Positions 44,123 to 54,387 of a DNA stretch of 64,000 nucleotides are shown here, piece after piece. The stretch comes from an uncultured Gemmatimonadaceae bacterium. GTDB taxonomy: Bacteria > Gemmatimonadota > Gemmatimonadetes > Gemmatimonadales > Gemmatimonadaceae. Each line of letters opens with the position of its first letter. The first letter of the stretch is position 1. Where the stretch lies: contig CAWAGQ010000011.1 in NCBI GenBank assembly GCA_963781585.1, forward strand, positions 160,001 through 224,000, in the 5' to 3' direction. Below the pieces are notes generated by a model that was given only the letters and a program-made list of their open reading frames with translations, did not search any database and had not been told where the DNA came from. A program made the position numbers and the translations under genes.

Positions 44123-44575
44123 CAAATCCCTGATTCGGTTGACGTACCGCCGGCCGGTGAATCGAGCGTAGCAAGCGACATCGTCCTTTCGCTCCTCATG
44201 GCAGCACACAGTCTCGAGGATCGGATCGAAAAAGAACTCGACGCCATGGGGCTCTCGCTCGCAAAGCTGAACGTTCTGAATCGGATGGCAGAAGCGGGGG
44301 AGCCACTGGCTCTCAGCGAGATCGCCGCACGGTTGAACTGCGTTCGCTCCAACGTCACGCAGCTCATCGATCGACTTGAAGGGGACGGATTGGTTCGCCG
44401 CGAGGCCGACGCCGGCGACCGCCGGAGCATCCGAGCGGTACTGACCGTCGAAGGCAGGACCCGCCAGAGTGCTGGCGCGACGACACTGGCGAAGATGAAA
44501 ACCGAACTCACGGCGTCCCTGCCGGCGGCTGATCGCTCGGCGCTCGAGCGCGCGCTCGGGCTACTGACTCCGTAG
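44117..44575 (+). CDS. MarR-family transcriptional regulator
   Basis: GLSL, LSEIA..L...RSNVT.LIDRLE.DGLV.R...DRR...LT.EG. Confidence 0.92.
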   Translation: MNQIPDSVDVPPAGESSVASDIVLSLLMAAHSLEDRIEKELDAMGLSLAKLNVLNRMAEAGEPLALSEIAARLNCVRSNVTQLIDRLEGDGLVRREADAGDRRSIRAVLTVEGRTRQSAGATTLAKMKTELTASLPAADRSALERALGLLTP

Positions 44576-44623
44576 ACCGACAACTACCAGGAGACAACCA
44601 GGGCCATTCAAAGCGATCCTGTG

Positions 44624-44637
44624 ATTCATAGATGAAG
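44624..44637. promoter_or_regulatory. Second TTCAT-NN-ATGAA operator upstream of yceI
   Basis: ATTCAT-AG-ATGAAG. Confidence 0.55.
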
Positions 44638-44711
44638 TATACAGCAGCGAATTGTGCATTACTGAGCAAACACCAGAAGCCAACAGCATCCGAAAGGAGC
44701 AAGGAATCACG

Positions 44712-45302
44712 ATGACCACAGCTACCGTTCCCAACCCGACCGACGCGATGTCGCTCGCCGGCACTCGCTGGGCGATCGATCCCGTCCACACAACCGTCGA
44801 ATTCGCGGTGAGGCACATGATGATCACCACCGTCCGTGGCCGCTTCGACAAGTTCACGGGCAGTGCGTACGTCGATCCGAACCATCCCGACACGCCGCAG
44901 GTCGAAGTGACCATCGATGCCGCGAGCATCGACACGCGTGAAACCCGCCGGGACGAACACCTCCGTTCACCTGACTTCCTGAACGCGGCCGAGCATCCCA
45001 CCATCACGTTCAGGGGTCGCCGTGTGGAAGGCGACATCGCGAGTGCGTTCCGGCTTGTCGGGGACCTGACCATTCGCGGCGTCACCCATGAGGTCGCCCT
45101 GAAGGCGAAGTTCGAGGGGCGCACGAAGGACCCCTGGGGCGGCGATCGCGCGGGCTTCAGCGCTACCGCGAAGCTCAACCGTCACGACTTCGACCTCCGT
45201 TGGAACGTGGCCCTGGAGACCGGAGGCGTGCTGGTCGGAGACGAAGTGAAGCTCTCGATCGACGCGCAGTTGGTGATGCAGGCGGAAGCGAAGGCGGCGT
45301 AA
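44712..45302 (+). CDS. YceI-family protein
   Basis: WAIDPVHT.VEFAVRHM, SIDT...RDEHL, GDLTIRG.T, DPWG. Confidence 0.93.
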   Translation: MTTATVPNPTDAMSLAGTRWAIDPVHTTVEFAVRHMMITTVRGRFDKFTGSAYVDPNHPDTPQVEVTIDAASIDTRETRRDEHLRSPDFLNAAEHPTITFRGRRVEGDIASAFRLVGDLTIRGVTHEVALKAKFEGRTKDPWGGDRAGFSATAKLNRHDFDLRWNVALETGGVLVGDEVKLSIDAQLVMQAEAKAA

Positions 45303-45322
45303 CGGACTGCCGGGCTGACGCT

Positions 45323-45370
45323 GGAGGCGAGGACGGGGAGAGGATCACTTCTCCCCGCCTTGTGCTTCTC
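45323..45370. terminator. Hairpin between convergent yceI and M42 genes
   Basis: CGGGGAGAGG...CTTCTCCCCG core stem with extended pairing. Confidence 0.5.
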
Positions 45371-45432
45371 CGGTCGGTCCATGGTGTCGCCACATTGACC
45401 GACGGTTCCTGCGCCAGGGGATCGCTTCGCAC

Positions 45433-47505
45433 TTACCGCGCGATCGCCACGGCCGTCACCAGTCTGACGAGCGCATCCAGATCGCGGAGGTCCAGCACTT
45501 CGGCCGGACCATGTGAATAGCGCCCCGGCCACGACAGCCCGATGTTCGGCGGGCCCCACTGCTGAATCGACGAGCCGTCGGTGCCGCCGAACGTGGTGCC
45601 GATCTGCAGCGGAATCGTATTGGCCCGGGCGATGCGGACGATGCGGTCGCGCTCCGGACGCGGCACCAGGCTGGCGTTGTCGAGGGCCCGGAGCACCGGT
45701 CCGGCGCCTAACGGAGCGTACGCGAAATGCGGGGACTCGAGGGGCGTATCGCTCGTGACGAAGGTGTCGATGCTGTACACCCGCCGGAGCGAGGTTCCGT
45801 GTCGCTCACCGAAATAGCGGGCGCCATTGAGCCCGCCCTCCTCCTGTACCGACCATACGAAGATGACCTTGTGCGAAAGCGAGTCGGGCTTGAGACGCCG
45901 AATGGCGAACAGGAGCGCGGTATCACCCGAGCGGTCGTCGCTCGCGCGGCCAGTCATTCGCGTCCCGGCCAGCGGCTGCGCCCGCTTGTACGCCGTCACG
46001 CTCAGCCCGGGGTGCACGCCGCGCGCGACCAGCTGCCCCGAGTCGAGCCCGAACCATGCGGTGAGCGCGCCGGGCGACTTCACTCTCGCCGCATCACGTG
46101 GAACGAACACGCCGCGCAGGGATTCCGGGGCGGCACCGCCTGGGTCCGCGTCGAAATGGAGGTACGCCGGCACGCCTTCCCACGACGTGATCACGGCGCC
46201 CCCGCGCGTACGCAGGGTAGCGCGTCCGTCGGGCAGGATGCCCGTTACCTCGAACCCGACCTCGTCGGTGTGCGCGAGGAACGCCACCGAATCGCGGTCG
46301 GGACCCATCGCGACGATGATGTTTCCCATCGAGTCCACCACCGCGATGCGCCGCGCCCAGTCGGGCAGCGCCGCCAGCACCGCCGCCCGCACGCGCCATT
46401 CATGCCCGGACACGCCGGGCAGATCGGCAAGCGCCATCCACTGGCGCGCGAGATCGGCGTATCGGTCGGCGTGAGGCGCCGCGCGCGAGCTGTTGAGTGG
46501 CGGAGCGACCCACGCGTCGCCCGTGAGCCGGACGTTCGCCGCATCCGCCACAGCTCCCTTCAGTCTGCGCGCATCGTCGGCGGAGATGGACTCCACAAGC
46601 GACCCTCCCCATCTCACGCGCGGCCCGATCACGCGCACGGAGTCGATGTCGATCACGCGTGACGCTGCGCGAAACTCCTGACCCAGCCGACTCCGTGTCG
46701 AGACGGCGTCGTAGGCCGTGTTGCGTCCCTCGCTGACGATGGTGAGCGCATCGTAACTGCCCAGGTGCGCGAGAAGGGCGCCCAGCCCCACCCATCCCAG
46801 CGGCGCCTGTGTCGAGAGCACGAAGATGGTCTCTCCCGATTGCACCTGGCCGCTCGATGCGGTCGCGACGGCAGCGCATCCGGCGCGCTGTCCCGCGCCC
46901 GGGCCGGCGGTAAATCCCTCGTAGGTCCACGGCGGCCGGTCCACCGTGACCGGATCCAGGAGCGCGATGCCGAGCGCGCGCACGTCCGCAGCAGTGGCGG
47001 CGCCGACGTCGATCCAGAGGTCGTCCACGCCAACCACGGTTGTGTCGCCGCGATGCTGTGCGGCAAAGTGCCCGTTCGCCACGGCCACGACGCCGGGCAC
47101 CGGGCCGCGCGCCGAGAAGACCTTGATCTGCTGCGCCTCGTGGAACTGATCCCACAGCGGATGCGGCGGCTGGCCACCCACCCGGCGCAGACGCAGATAT
47201 GCCTGGTCGGTGATCTGGCTGACCACGTAGCCGGAATAATCCAGCGCGCACGCCACCACGCGGCGCGGCGAGCCGCTGCCGGAATGCCTGACGAGATTTC
47301 CCCAGACGTCGGCCGTCCATCCGGGGAGTGTCGCCGCGAGGCGCGTGGTGGCCACCACCGGATCGCCGGGCGGTGCGTCGAGCGCGGTCCAGGCCGCGAC
47401 GGCGTCGACCACCTGCCGGTTCGGATCAGGGGCCTGCGCTCCGAGGCAGGCGGGGACGGCCGTCAGGATCGCAGCGGCCCGAAGAGACTTGGCGAGGTCC
47501 GGCAT
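45433..47505 (-). CDS. Secreted M42 aminopeptidase-family protein with two tandem M42 domains
   Basis: C-terminal half: GVSGHE, DSMGN, AHTDEVG, DDR, QEEGG, GGTD, YSH. The N-terminal half is a degenerate copy. Confidence 0.85.
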   Translation of the reverse strand: MPDLAKSLRAAAILTAVPACLGAQAPDPNRQVVDAVAAWTALDAPPGDPVVATTRLAATLPGWTADVWGNLVRHSGSGSPRRVVACALDYSGYVVSQITDQAYLRLRRVGGQPPHPLWDQFHEAQQIKVFSARGPVPGVVAVANGHFAAQHRGDTTVVGVDDLWIDVGAATAADVRALGIALLDPVTVDRPPWTYEGFTAGPGAGQRAGCAAVATASSGQVQSGETIFVLSTQAPLGWVGLGALLAHLGSYDALTIVSEGRNTAYDAVSTRSRLGQEFRAASRVIDIDSVRVIGPRVRWGGSLVESISADDARRLKGAVADAANVRLTGDAWVAPPLNSSRAAPHADRYADLARQWMALADLPGVSGHEWRVRAAVLAALPDWARRIAVVDSMGNIIVAMGPDRDSVAFLAHTDEVGFEVTGILPDGRATLRTRGGAVITSWEGVPAYLHFDADPGGAAPESLRGVFVPRDAARVKSPGALTAWFGLDSGQLVARGVHPGLSVTAYKRAQPLAGTRMTGRASDDRSGDTALLFAIRRLKPDSLSHKVIFVWSVQEEGGLNGARYFGERHGTSLRRVYSIDTFVTSDTPLESPHFAYAPLGAGPVLRALDNASLVPRPERDRIVRIARANTIPLQIGTTFGGTDGSSIQQWGPPNIGLSWPGRYSHGPAEVLDLRDLDALVRLVTAVAIAR

Positions 47506-47625
47506 GACGGGAGGGCGAGAGGGAAGGGGAGTCTGCGGTCGCGCGCGGTCTCCGGCAACCGCCGCTGCGGCGTTGGCTTGCCGTCAGCGTCTTGTGCTAA
47601 TATGCATTTGTTTTAGATTCGGTTC

Positions 47626-48372
47626 ATGTCCACTCGCCGTCTCCCCGATGCGGTCGACGATATCGCCGTGCTCGCCGATCCGGTGCGGCGCCGGCTCTAC
47701 TCTCACGTCTGCAACCGGCCGGACGCGGTCAGCCGGGACGACGCAGCCCGCGCGGTGGGAATCTCCCGGGCTCTGGCGGCGTTTCATCTCGACAAGCTCG
47801 TCGCCGCGGGACTCCTCGTCCACGAGTACCGTCGCCTGACGCGGCGACGCGGCCCGGGTGCGGGCCGTCCGTCCAAGCTCTACCGGCGGGCGATGCGGGA
47901 CATCAGCGTCAGCCTGCCGCCCCGCGATTACCAGTTGGCGGCCCATGTACTGGCGCAGGCGGCCAGCGCTGGGAATACCGCGCGGGCGCGCAGAACGGCG
48001 GCCGGCGCGGTGGAAGAAGCAGCACGACGACACGGTATCGCGATGGGACAGGAGACCGGGAGACAATCGCCGTCCGGCCGCGGAGGCCGCGCCGCGGTCG
48101 AAGGCGCGCTCCGGAACGGCGGATACGAGCCGACTCGCGTGTCGTCAGGCGACATCCGCTTGCGCAACTGTCCATTCGATGCCCTGGCTGGAGACTACCG
48201 CGAGCTCGTCTGCCGGATGAACCTCGCGCTCCTGCGGGGGATGCTGGACGGGCTGGGCGCTACGACGCTGCAGGCGGCGCTCGATCCGCAGCCCGGGGTG
48301 TGTTGCGTCGTTCTGCGATCGTCGGCCAGGCCTGACGCCGGACCGTCGAAGAGAGAGGGTGGAGATGAGTGA
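47626..48372 (+). CDS. ArsR/SufR-like HTH transcriptional regulator
   Basis: LADPVRR.LY, FHLDKL...GLL, GAGRPSKLY, NCPF, VC.MN, C-terminal CC. Confidence 0.82.
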   Translation: MSTRRLPDAVDDIAVLADPVRRRLYSHVCNRPDAVSRDDAARAVGISRALAAFHLDKLVAAGLLVHEYRRLTRRRGPGAGRPSKLYRRAMRDISVSLPPRDYQLAAHVLAQAASAGNTARARRTAAGAVEEAARRHGIAMGQETGRQSPSGRGGRAAVEGALRNGGYEPTRVSSGDIRLRNCPFDALAGDYRELVCRMNLALLRGMLDGLGATTLQAALDPQPGVCCVVLRSSARPDAGPSKREGGDE

Positions 48373-49903
48373 GCACGACGCGGACCTCACCGGACCGGAC
48401 CTGTCTCGCGGCGTATCCCTCCGCGACGTTCCCGAAGGGGGGATGCTGGTGGGGCACGCAAAGGGGAAGCCCGTCCTGCTGGCCAGAACAGGTGGCGAGT
48501 TCCACGCCGTGGGTGCCACGTGCACGCATTACGGCGCGTCGCTCGGCGACGGACTGCTGGTGGGCGACACCGTGCGCTGTCCCTGGCATCACGCGTGCTT
48601 CAATCTGCGCACCGGTGAAGCGGTTCGTGCGCCGGCCCTCGACCCGCTCCCGCAGTGGACGATTTTGCGGAAAGGCGACCGCATCGTGGTCACCGACGAG
48701 ATCGTCGTGCCGGACGGAGCGACAGCTGCGCAGGGTCGGGAGCCTATCGCGTCTCCACCGTCGTCGGTGGTGATCGTCGGGGCAGGTGCTGCCGGCAACG
48801 CCGCCGCCGAAACGTTTCGTCGGGAGGGATTCGAAGGTCCGGTGATCTTGATCGGCGCCGATCACGATCCGCCATACGATCGTCCCAATCTCTCGAAGGA
48901 CTATCTCGCCGGCACCGCACCCGAAGAGTGGATTCCGCTTCGGCCGCCGGAGTTCTACGGCGAGCACGGGATCGATCTCCTGCGCGCACGCCGCGTCGCG
49001 TCGATACGCGTGGCGGCGAAGGAACTGCGGCTCGACGACGGCCGCCAGATCACGTTCGATCGACTCCTGCTGGCGACCGGAGCGGATCCGATTCGCCTGC
49101 CGATTCCCGGCGCCGACCTCCCCCACGTGCACTACCTCAGGACGCTCGCCGACAGCCGCGCGATCGTCGCGCGCGCGACGGACTCGGGAAGGGCGGTGGT
49201 CATCGGAGCGAGCTTCATCGGGCTCGAGGTGGCGGCATCGCTGCGGCACCGCGGCCTGGAGGTGCACGTAGTTGCGCCGGAGTCGGTGCCCCTGGAACGC
49301 GTGATGGGGCGCGAGCTCGGGATGTTCATCAGGGGCCTCCACGAGGCGCACGAGGTCGTCTTTCATCTCGACGACGTGGCGGTCGGGATCGACGCCGGCC
49401 GGGTTACGCTGCGCAGTGGTGTCACGCTTGCGGCCGACCTGGTGGTCATCGGCGCGGGCGTGCGTCCTGCCATCGAGCTCGCACAGGGCGCGGGTCTGAC
49501 CACCGATCGCGGCATCGAAGTGGATGGGTATCTGGAGACGAGCGCCAAGGGGATCTTCGCCGCTGGGGACATCGCGCGCTGGCCCGATGTGCACACTGGT
49601 GAGCGCATTCGCGTGGAGCACTGGGTGGTAGCCGAGCGGCAGGGCCAGACCGCGGCGCGCAACATCCTTGGGCGGCGGGAACGCTTCGACGCGGCTCCGT
49701 TCTTCTGGAGTGCGCACTACGAGACGACCATTCGCTACGTGGGGCACGCCGAACGATGGGACGAGGCGATTGTGGAGGGAGCGCTGTCGGAAGGCTCCGC
49801 GGCGGTCCGTTTTCGTCGCGACGGCCGAACACTCGCGGTGGCGACCCTCGGGCGGGACATCGACAGTCTGCGCGCCGAGGTCACGATGGAAGGAGGAAAC
49901 TGA
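48365..49903 (+). CDS. Rieske [2Fe-2S] + FAD/NAD(P)H oxidoreductase fusion
   Basis: CTHYG...CPWH Rieske motif; [37 protein letters not shown]. Confidence 0.92.
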   Translation: MSEHDADLTGPDLSRGVSLRDVPEGGMLVGHAKGKPVLLARTGGEFHAVGATCTHYGASLGDGLLVGDTVRCPWHHACFNLRTGEAVRAPALDPLPQWTILRKGDRIVVTDEIVVPDGATAAQGREPIASPPSSVVIVGAGAAGNAAAETFRREGFEGPVILIGADHDPPYDRPNLSKDYLAGTAPEEWIPLRPPEFYGEHGIDLLRARRVASIRVAAKELRLDDGRQITFDRLLLATGADPIRLPIPGADLPHVHYLRTLADSRAIVARATDSGRAVVIGASFIGLEVAASLRHRGLEVHVVAPESVPLERVMGRELGMFIRGLHEAHEVVFHLDDVAVGIDAGRVTLRSGVTLAADLVVIGAGVRPAIELAQGAGLTTDRGIEVDGYLETSAKGIFAAGDIARWPDVHTGERIRVEHWVVAERQGQTAARNILGRRERFDAAPFFWSAHYETTIRYVGHAERWDEAIVEGALSEGSAAVRFRRDGRTLAVATLGRDIDSLRAEVTMEGGN

Positions 49904-50547
49904 TGCACGAGAATGGGCGAGGAGGAACGGGCGGGGCCATCGCGGGCGGCTCATTGATGGCGCTCGAGGGCGCGCCGGGTGAGGAAGAACTCGAGGCGCT
50001 GGTTGCCCGCCAGCTCGAGCTGCTGGGCGAGGATCCCGAGCGTGCCGGTCTGGCCCGCACACCGTACCGGGTGGCGCGCTCGCTGCGCTGGCTCACGCGT
50101 GGCTACGAGATGACCGTCGAGGACGCGATAGCCGGCGCGCTGTTCGCGGAAGATCACGAGAACATGGTGATGGTGCGGGACATCGAGCTGTACTCGTTAT
50201 GCGAGCACCACCTGCTGCCGTTCTTCGGCAAGGCGCACGTGGCCTACATTCCGGACGGTCGGATCGTGGGCTTGAGCAAGTTGCCGCGTATCGTGGACGT
50301 CTTCGCGCGCCGGCTGCAGGTGCAGGAGCGCCTGACGGAGCAGATTGCGCAGGCCATCGACGACGTGCTCGCGCCGAAGGGCGTCGGCGTGGTCATCGAA
50401 GCGGCACACCTGTGCATGATGATGCGCGGCGTGGAAAAGCAGAATTCGCGGACGATCACCAGCGCGCTGCGCGGCAAATTCCGCGACTGTCCGATGACGC
50501 GGCAAGAGTTCCTGCGCCTCGCCCACGGCGCGCCGATCGCGCTGTAG
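49903..50547 (+). CDS. folE: GTP cyclohydrolase I
   Basis: [47 protein letters not shown]. Confidence 0.96.
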   Translation: MHENGRGGTGGAIAGGSLMALEGAPGEEELEALVARQLELLGEDPERAGLARTPYRVARSLRWLTRGYEMTVEDAIAGALFAEDHENMVMVRDIELYSLCEHHLLPFFGKAHVAYIPDGRIVGLSKLPRIVDVFARRLQVQERLTEQIAQAIDDVLAPKGVGVVIEAAHLCMMMRGVEKQNSRTITSALRGKFRDCPMTRQEFLRLAHGAPIAL

Positions 50548-50564
50548 TCACTGGCCCATGTCCC

Positions 50565-51713
50565 CTATGGCCTCTTGTCATCCAGACTCACCACCGGCGT
50601 GCCGTACGGCCGGAACCCGGCCCCGTCGCCAACGCCAATCACTTCCAGGGACAGCTCATCCCCGTCCACGTGCACCACGACGAAGTGATACGGGTTCTCG
50701 ATCAGCGTTTTCGATGGAGTCACCACGCGAACCACCTTGACGGAATCCGCCGCGCCGTCCCGAAGGTATCTGGATACGTCGGGATCACCCCGGTACGCGT
50801 ACGGGGGGGCGCCTCCGCCGGCGGTCACGATCTGGTCGATGCGATGTTCGCCTGTCTCGTCGTGATAGTGCTCCACCCAGTGTTCGTACAGATGGTCGTG
50901 GCCCGCAAACAGCAGTCGCACATGTTCACGACGGAACAGCGGCATCCATTTGGTGCGGAGCGCGGCGGTGGGCGGCTCCACGCGGGCGGACCCATGGGGC
51001 CCCGATGAAAACACCGGATGGTGAAAGAAGACGACCACATTCGTGTACCGCCGGCGATCGAGCCCCTCCAGCTGCTTTTTCACCCATTCGAACTGCCCGC
51101 GGTCGTCCGCAATGTCCGTGTCGAAGGTGATGACGAACGTGTTGCCATAGCCGAAGGCATACGCCGGGGCGTGGGCGAGCCGCCGAGGATCACCATCCGG
51201 GGGGATCAGATGCGCCATCGCCGCGTAGTAGTTGGCCACCCCGGCGCGTCGCTGAGGCCCGTTGAAGCCGTAGGGGCCGGGCACATCGTGGTTCCCGAGC
51301 GTCAGGAAGTAGGGCACGTTCGCGTCCTGCGTCAGGAGATCGATCAGCGGCACGAACGACACGTTCCACTGCCGCGCATCAGTGCCGTCGCTCACGGCAT
51401 CGCCGCTCTGGAGCACGAAGCGGATCGGATCCGGGCTGCTCCGGCGGCTGACGATGGAGTCGATCATCACGTGCAGGACGACGGAATGCTCGAACTGCAG
51501 GTCGACACCGTCGTTGCCGCTTCGGGTGTCGCCGTACACGACGAACGAGAAGTGCGTGCTGTCCGCGGTCTGGGCCTCCGGGGGAATCCGTACGGCTGGC
51601 GGGGTGATGGCTTCAACGCCGCCGCGTGGAGTCTGGGCCGCTGCTGGAGCCATCGCGCCGACCAGGAAGCCGATACTGATGACGACTGGTGCGACCGTGC
51701 GAGCAAGAGTCAT
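50565..51713 (-). CDS. Secreted calcineurin-like metallophosphoesterase
   Basis: YGDTR, SGDAV, LGNHD, FHHP, AGHDHLYE; signal peptide. Confidence 0.88.
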   Translation of the reverse strand: MTLARTVAPVVISIGFLVGAMAPAAAQTPRGGVEAITPPAVRIPPEAQTADSTHFSFVVYGDTRSGNDGVDLQFEHSVVLHVMIDSIVSRRSSPDPIRFVLQSGDAVSDGTDARQWNVSFVPLIDLLTQDANVPYFLTLGNHDVPGPYGFNGPQRRAGVANYYAAMAHLIPPDGDPRRLAHAPAYAFGYGNTFVITFDTDIADDRGQFEWVKKQLEGLDRRRYTNVVVFFHHPVFSSGPHGSARVEPPTAALRTKWMPLFRREHVRLLFAGHDHLYEHWVEHYHDETGEHRIDQIVTAGGGAPPYAYRGDPDVSRYLRDGAADSVKVVRVVTPSKTLIENPYHFVVVHVDGDELSLEVIGVGDGAGFRPYGTPVVSLDDKRP

Positions 51714-51832
51714 GGAATCGGTCGGTGGAATGCGCATCCGGACAACTCGGCGACCTGCAAGGATCCACGGTGCAGCCGGGAACGCTTGAGCGGAAGGGTG
51801 CGCTGGGGGCGAACCCCGCATCAGACGATAAT

Positions 51833-51876
51833 TGGGGTCAGACTCGAATTTCGTTCGAAATTCGAGTCTGACCCCA
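51833..51876. repeat. Perfect 21-bp inverted repeat, REP-like
   Basis: TGGGGTCAGACTCGAATTTCG-TT-CGAAATTCGAGTCTGACCCCA. Confidence 0.9.
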
Positions 51877-51985
51877 TTTTCTCCAATCTCCATTCTGTCT
51901 GAGCTCCAGGGGCCCGTTCGCCGGGCGGCCGGGACCTTTCCCACGGATCCTGGATTCGTCAGATGAACGCCATACGGAAGGAAGA

Positions 51986-52552
51986 GTGACTGCGCAACTC
52001 GAACAGGCTACGCTGGGCGGCGGGTGCTTCTGGTGCCTCGAAGCCGTCTACCAGGAACTCGACGGAGTGACGAGCGTGGTGTCCGGCTACGCCGGGGGCG
52101 GCACCGACAGCCCCACCTATGAAGAAGTGTGCTCCGGAACCACCGGCCACGCGGAAGTGGTGCAGGTGACCTTTGACCCGAGTCGAGTGACGTATCGTGA
52201 GATCCTCGAGGTTCTTTTCGCGATCCACGATCCCACCACCAGGGACCGGCAGGGAAACGATCACGGGCCGCAGTATCGCTCCATCATCCTCTGGCACGAC
52301 GAGAATCAGAAGCGAACGGCCGAGGAACTGATCGCCGAGCTCACGGCGGAACGTGTGTACTCGTCGATGATCGTCACCGAGATCGCACCGCTGGACCTGT
52401 TCCACTCGGCCGAGGCGTACCATCAGAACTACTATCGACAGCACCGCATGCAGCCGTACTGCGCCTTCGTGATTTCCCCCAAGCTGGGCAAGTTCCGGAA
52501 GAAGTTCGCCGAGCGCACGAAGGCAGCCGTGGCGAATCGCGCCTCCGGGTAG
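51986..52552 (+). CDS. msrA: Peptide-methionine (S)-S-oxide reductase
   Basis: GGCFWC, SGYAGG, GTTGHAE, QGND.G.QYRS, AE.YHQ.Y, YC. Confidence 0.96.
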   Translation: MTAQLEQATLGGGCFWCLEAVYQELDGVTSVVSGYAGGGTDSPTYEEVCSGTTGHAEVVQVTFDPSRVTYREILEVLFAIHDPTTRDRQGNDHGPQYRSIILWHDENQKRTAEELIAELTAERVYSSMIVTEIAPLDLFHSAEAYHQNYYRQHRMQPYCAFVISPKLGKFRKKFAERTKAAVANRASG

Positions 52553-52727
52553 CGCTGGCAGAGACGACGGGCATATTGCGGGGCCGCGGGCACATGCTCG
52601 CGGCCCCCGCGGCGCTTCCGGGCAACGTCCGTTTCATTCCATGCGTTGTCCGAGCATTGTGTCCACGAGCCGGTGCGTAGCGTGCACCGGGCCGATCGGC
52701 GCCTTCATCCCTCTACCGTCGTCTCGC

Positions 52728-53294
52728 ATGCACACTGCCTTCTGGCGCAGGTGGCACAGATGGATCGGGGTCCCAGCCGTGTTGTTTCTCTGCTTCGCCG
52801 CAGTGACGGGCGTGATGGTGGCGGTTACGGAATTCTTCGGCGCCGATGAGGCGCTGCGCGAGGCCACCCGCGATCTGATCAGCCCCGTGACCGTGGCGTC
52901 GCCTGCGGCAGCCTGGTCCGAGCCGATCCAGAAGGCATTCGCCGACGCGCACACGCGCTTCCCGAATGCACCGGTGGACAAGGTGGAGCTGCAGTTCAAG
53001 GGCGAGCACCCCACGGTGACCATTTTCACGGGAAAGCCGACCGGTGGCGAGGACCGCAAGCTCGTGTTCGAGGCAAAGACGGGAGATCTGGTGGCGAACG
53101 AAACCTACGCCGACAAGCCGTTCCTGTATCGGCTGCACAGCGGTGAAGCATTTGGCGATGGCGGACTGGTGGTGGCGATGTTCTGGGGAACCGCGTTGGC
53201 GCTGATGGGAGTCAGTGGAGGACTCATCTATTGGCACATGTATACCAGGATGAGGATTCGCCACGAGTCGGGGATCCGGCGCATCTTCTGGTAG
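52728..53294 (+). CDS. PepSY-associated TM helix protein
   Basis: RRWHRWIG...VTG, PepSY-like middle, RLHSG, SG..IYW. Confidence 0.8.
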   Translation: MHTAFWRRWHRWIGVPAVLFLCFAAVTGVMVAVTEFFGADEALREATRDLISPVTVASPAAAWSEPIQKAFADAHTRFPNAPVDKVELQFKGEHPTVTIFTGKPTGGEDRKLVFEAKTGDLVANETYADKPFLYRLHSGEAFGDGGLVVAMFWGTALALMGVSGGLIYWHMYTRMRIRHESGIRRIFW

Positions 53295-53383
53295 GAGCGG
53301 CGGCAGGCGCCGCGGTTGCTGGCGAGAGAGTGGCGGGGGCCGTAGGCTTCGAAGCGTAGAACACTCACGTCTATTGCGGAGGG

Positions 53384-54295
53384 ATGATGCGTTGTGCAAT
53401 GCGGCGTAGTTGGGGGGCAGCGCGCGTCCTGCCATTCGTGCTCGGGATTCTCGTCACGCCGGGCGCCCGCGGTCTGGCGCAAGGATCGGGGAACGCGCCG
53501 TGGGATGCCGTTGGTCGGATCCTCAAGTCTCCGCCCGCGCCCGCGGCAGGATACGTCCGGTTCAACTTCCCCCGCCGCGACATCACGCTGAGGATCGGCG
53601 ACGTCACGGTGGCGACCGCGATGGCGTCAGGCACCTGGGCGGGATTCAGCGGCGATCCTGCCAACGCCACGATGATGGGCGACCTGGTGCTGCTCGCCGG
53701 GGAGCTCAAGCCGGTGCTCGCGGAGCTGGCCAATCAGCACATCGCAGTCATGGCTATCCACAATCATCTGGCGGGCGAGTCTCCGCCGCTCCTGTACGTC
53801 CACTATCACGCGGATGGACGCGCCGCCGACCTGGCCCAGCGACTGGATCGTGTGCTCGTCCATACCGCAACGCCACGCCCGGTCACGGTTGCCGCCCCGG
53901 CGCCGGCCACGATCGACACCGCCCTGATCTTCGCCACGTTAGGCCTTCACGGGCGCGCCCAGGGAAACGTGGCCCAGGCGTCGGCGATGCTGGTGAGCGG
54001 TCAGGTGACAATGGATGGCCAGGTGGTCAACCCCGCCATGGGCTACGGCACGCCGATCAACATCCAGATGGTGAGCGCCACCCGTGCGGTGGCCACCGGT
54101 GACTTCTCGGTGCTCGCCCCGAAGGCGGCGGATGTGGTGCGCGCATTGTCCATGAACGGCGTGACCGCCACCGCGATGCACACCCATCTGGTGGGAGAGC
54201 AGCCGCAGATCCGCTATATCCACTTCTGGGCCGATGGGCCGCTGGCCGACGTGCTGCGCGGGCTCAGGGCCGCGCTGGACGCGGCGCGCCCCTGA
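53384..54295 (+). CDS. DUF1259-like tandem-domain exported protein
   Basis: MGDLVL..E, AIHNHL..E.P...Y.H repeated as GDF..L, AMHTHL..E.P...Y.HFW. Confidence 0.75.
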   Translation: MMRCAMRRSWGAARVLPFVLGILVTPGARGLAQGSGNAPWDAVGRILKSPPAPAAGYVRFNFPRRDITLRIGDVTVATAMASGTWAGFSGDPANATMMGDLVLLAGELKPVLAELANQHIAVMAIHNHLAGESPPLLYVHYHADGRAADLAQRLDRVLVHTATPRPVTVAAPAPATIDTALIFATLGLHGRAQGNVAQASAMLVSGQVTMDGQVVNPAMGYGTPINIQMVSATRAVATGDFSVLAPKAADVVRALSMNGVTATAMHTHLVGEQPQIRYIHFWADGPLADVLRGLRAALDAARP

Positions 54296-54387
54296 TCGCC
54301 GGCCAACCACCCGCCGCGGCCGTGTCGCACGGCCTGCCGGATGCCGGCCCGGCCGGGCGAATCGGCCGGGCTCTGGTCGCCTGATGC

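Noticed and set aside
43902..44174. 90-aa minus-strand ORF in the low-GC stretch
   Set aside because: No motif, overlaps the marR promoter and start, and has atypical codon usage.
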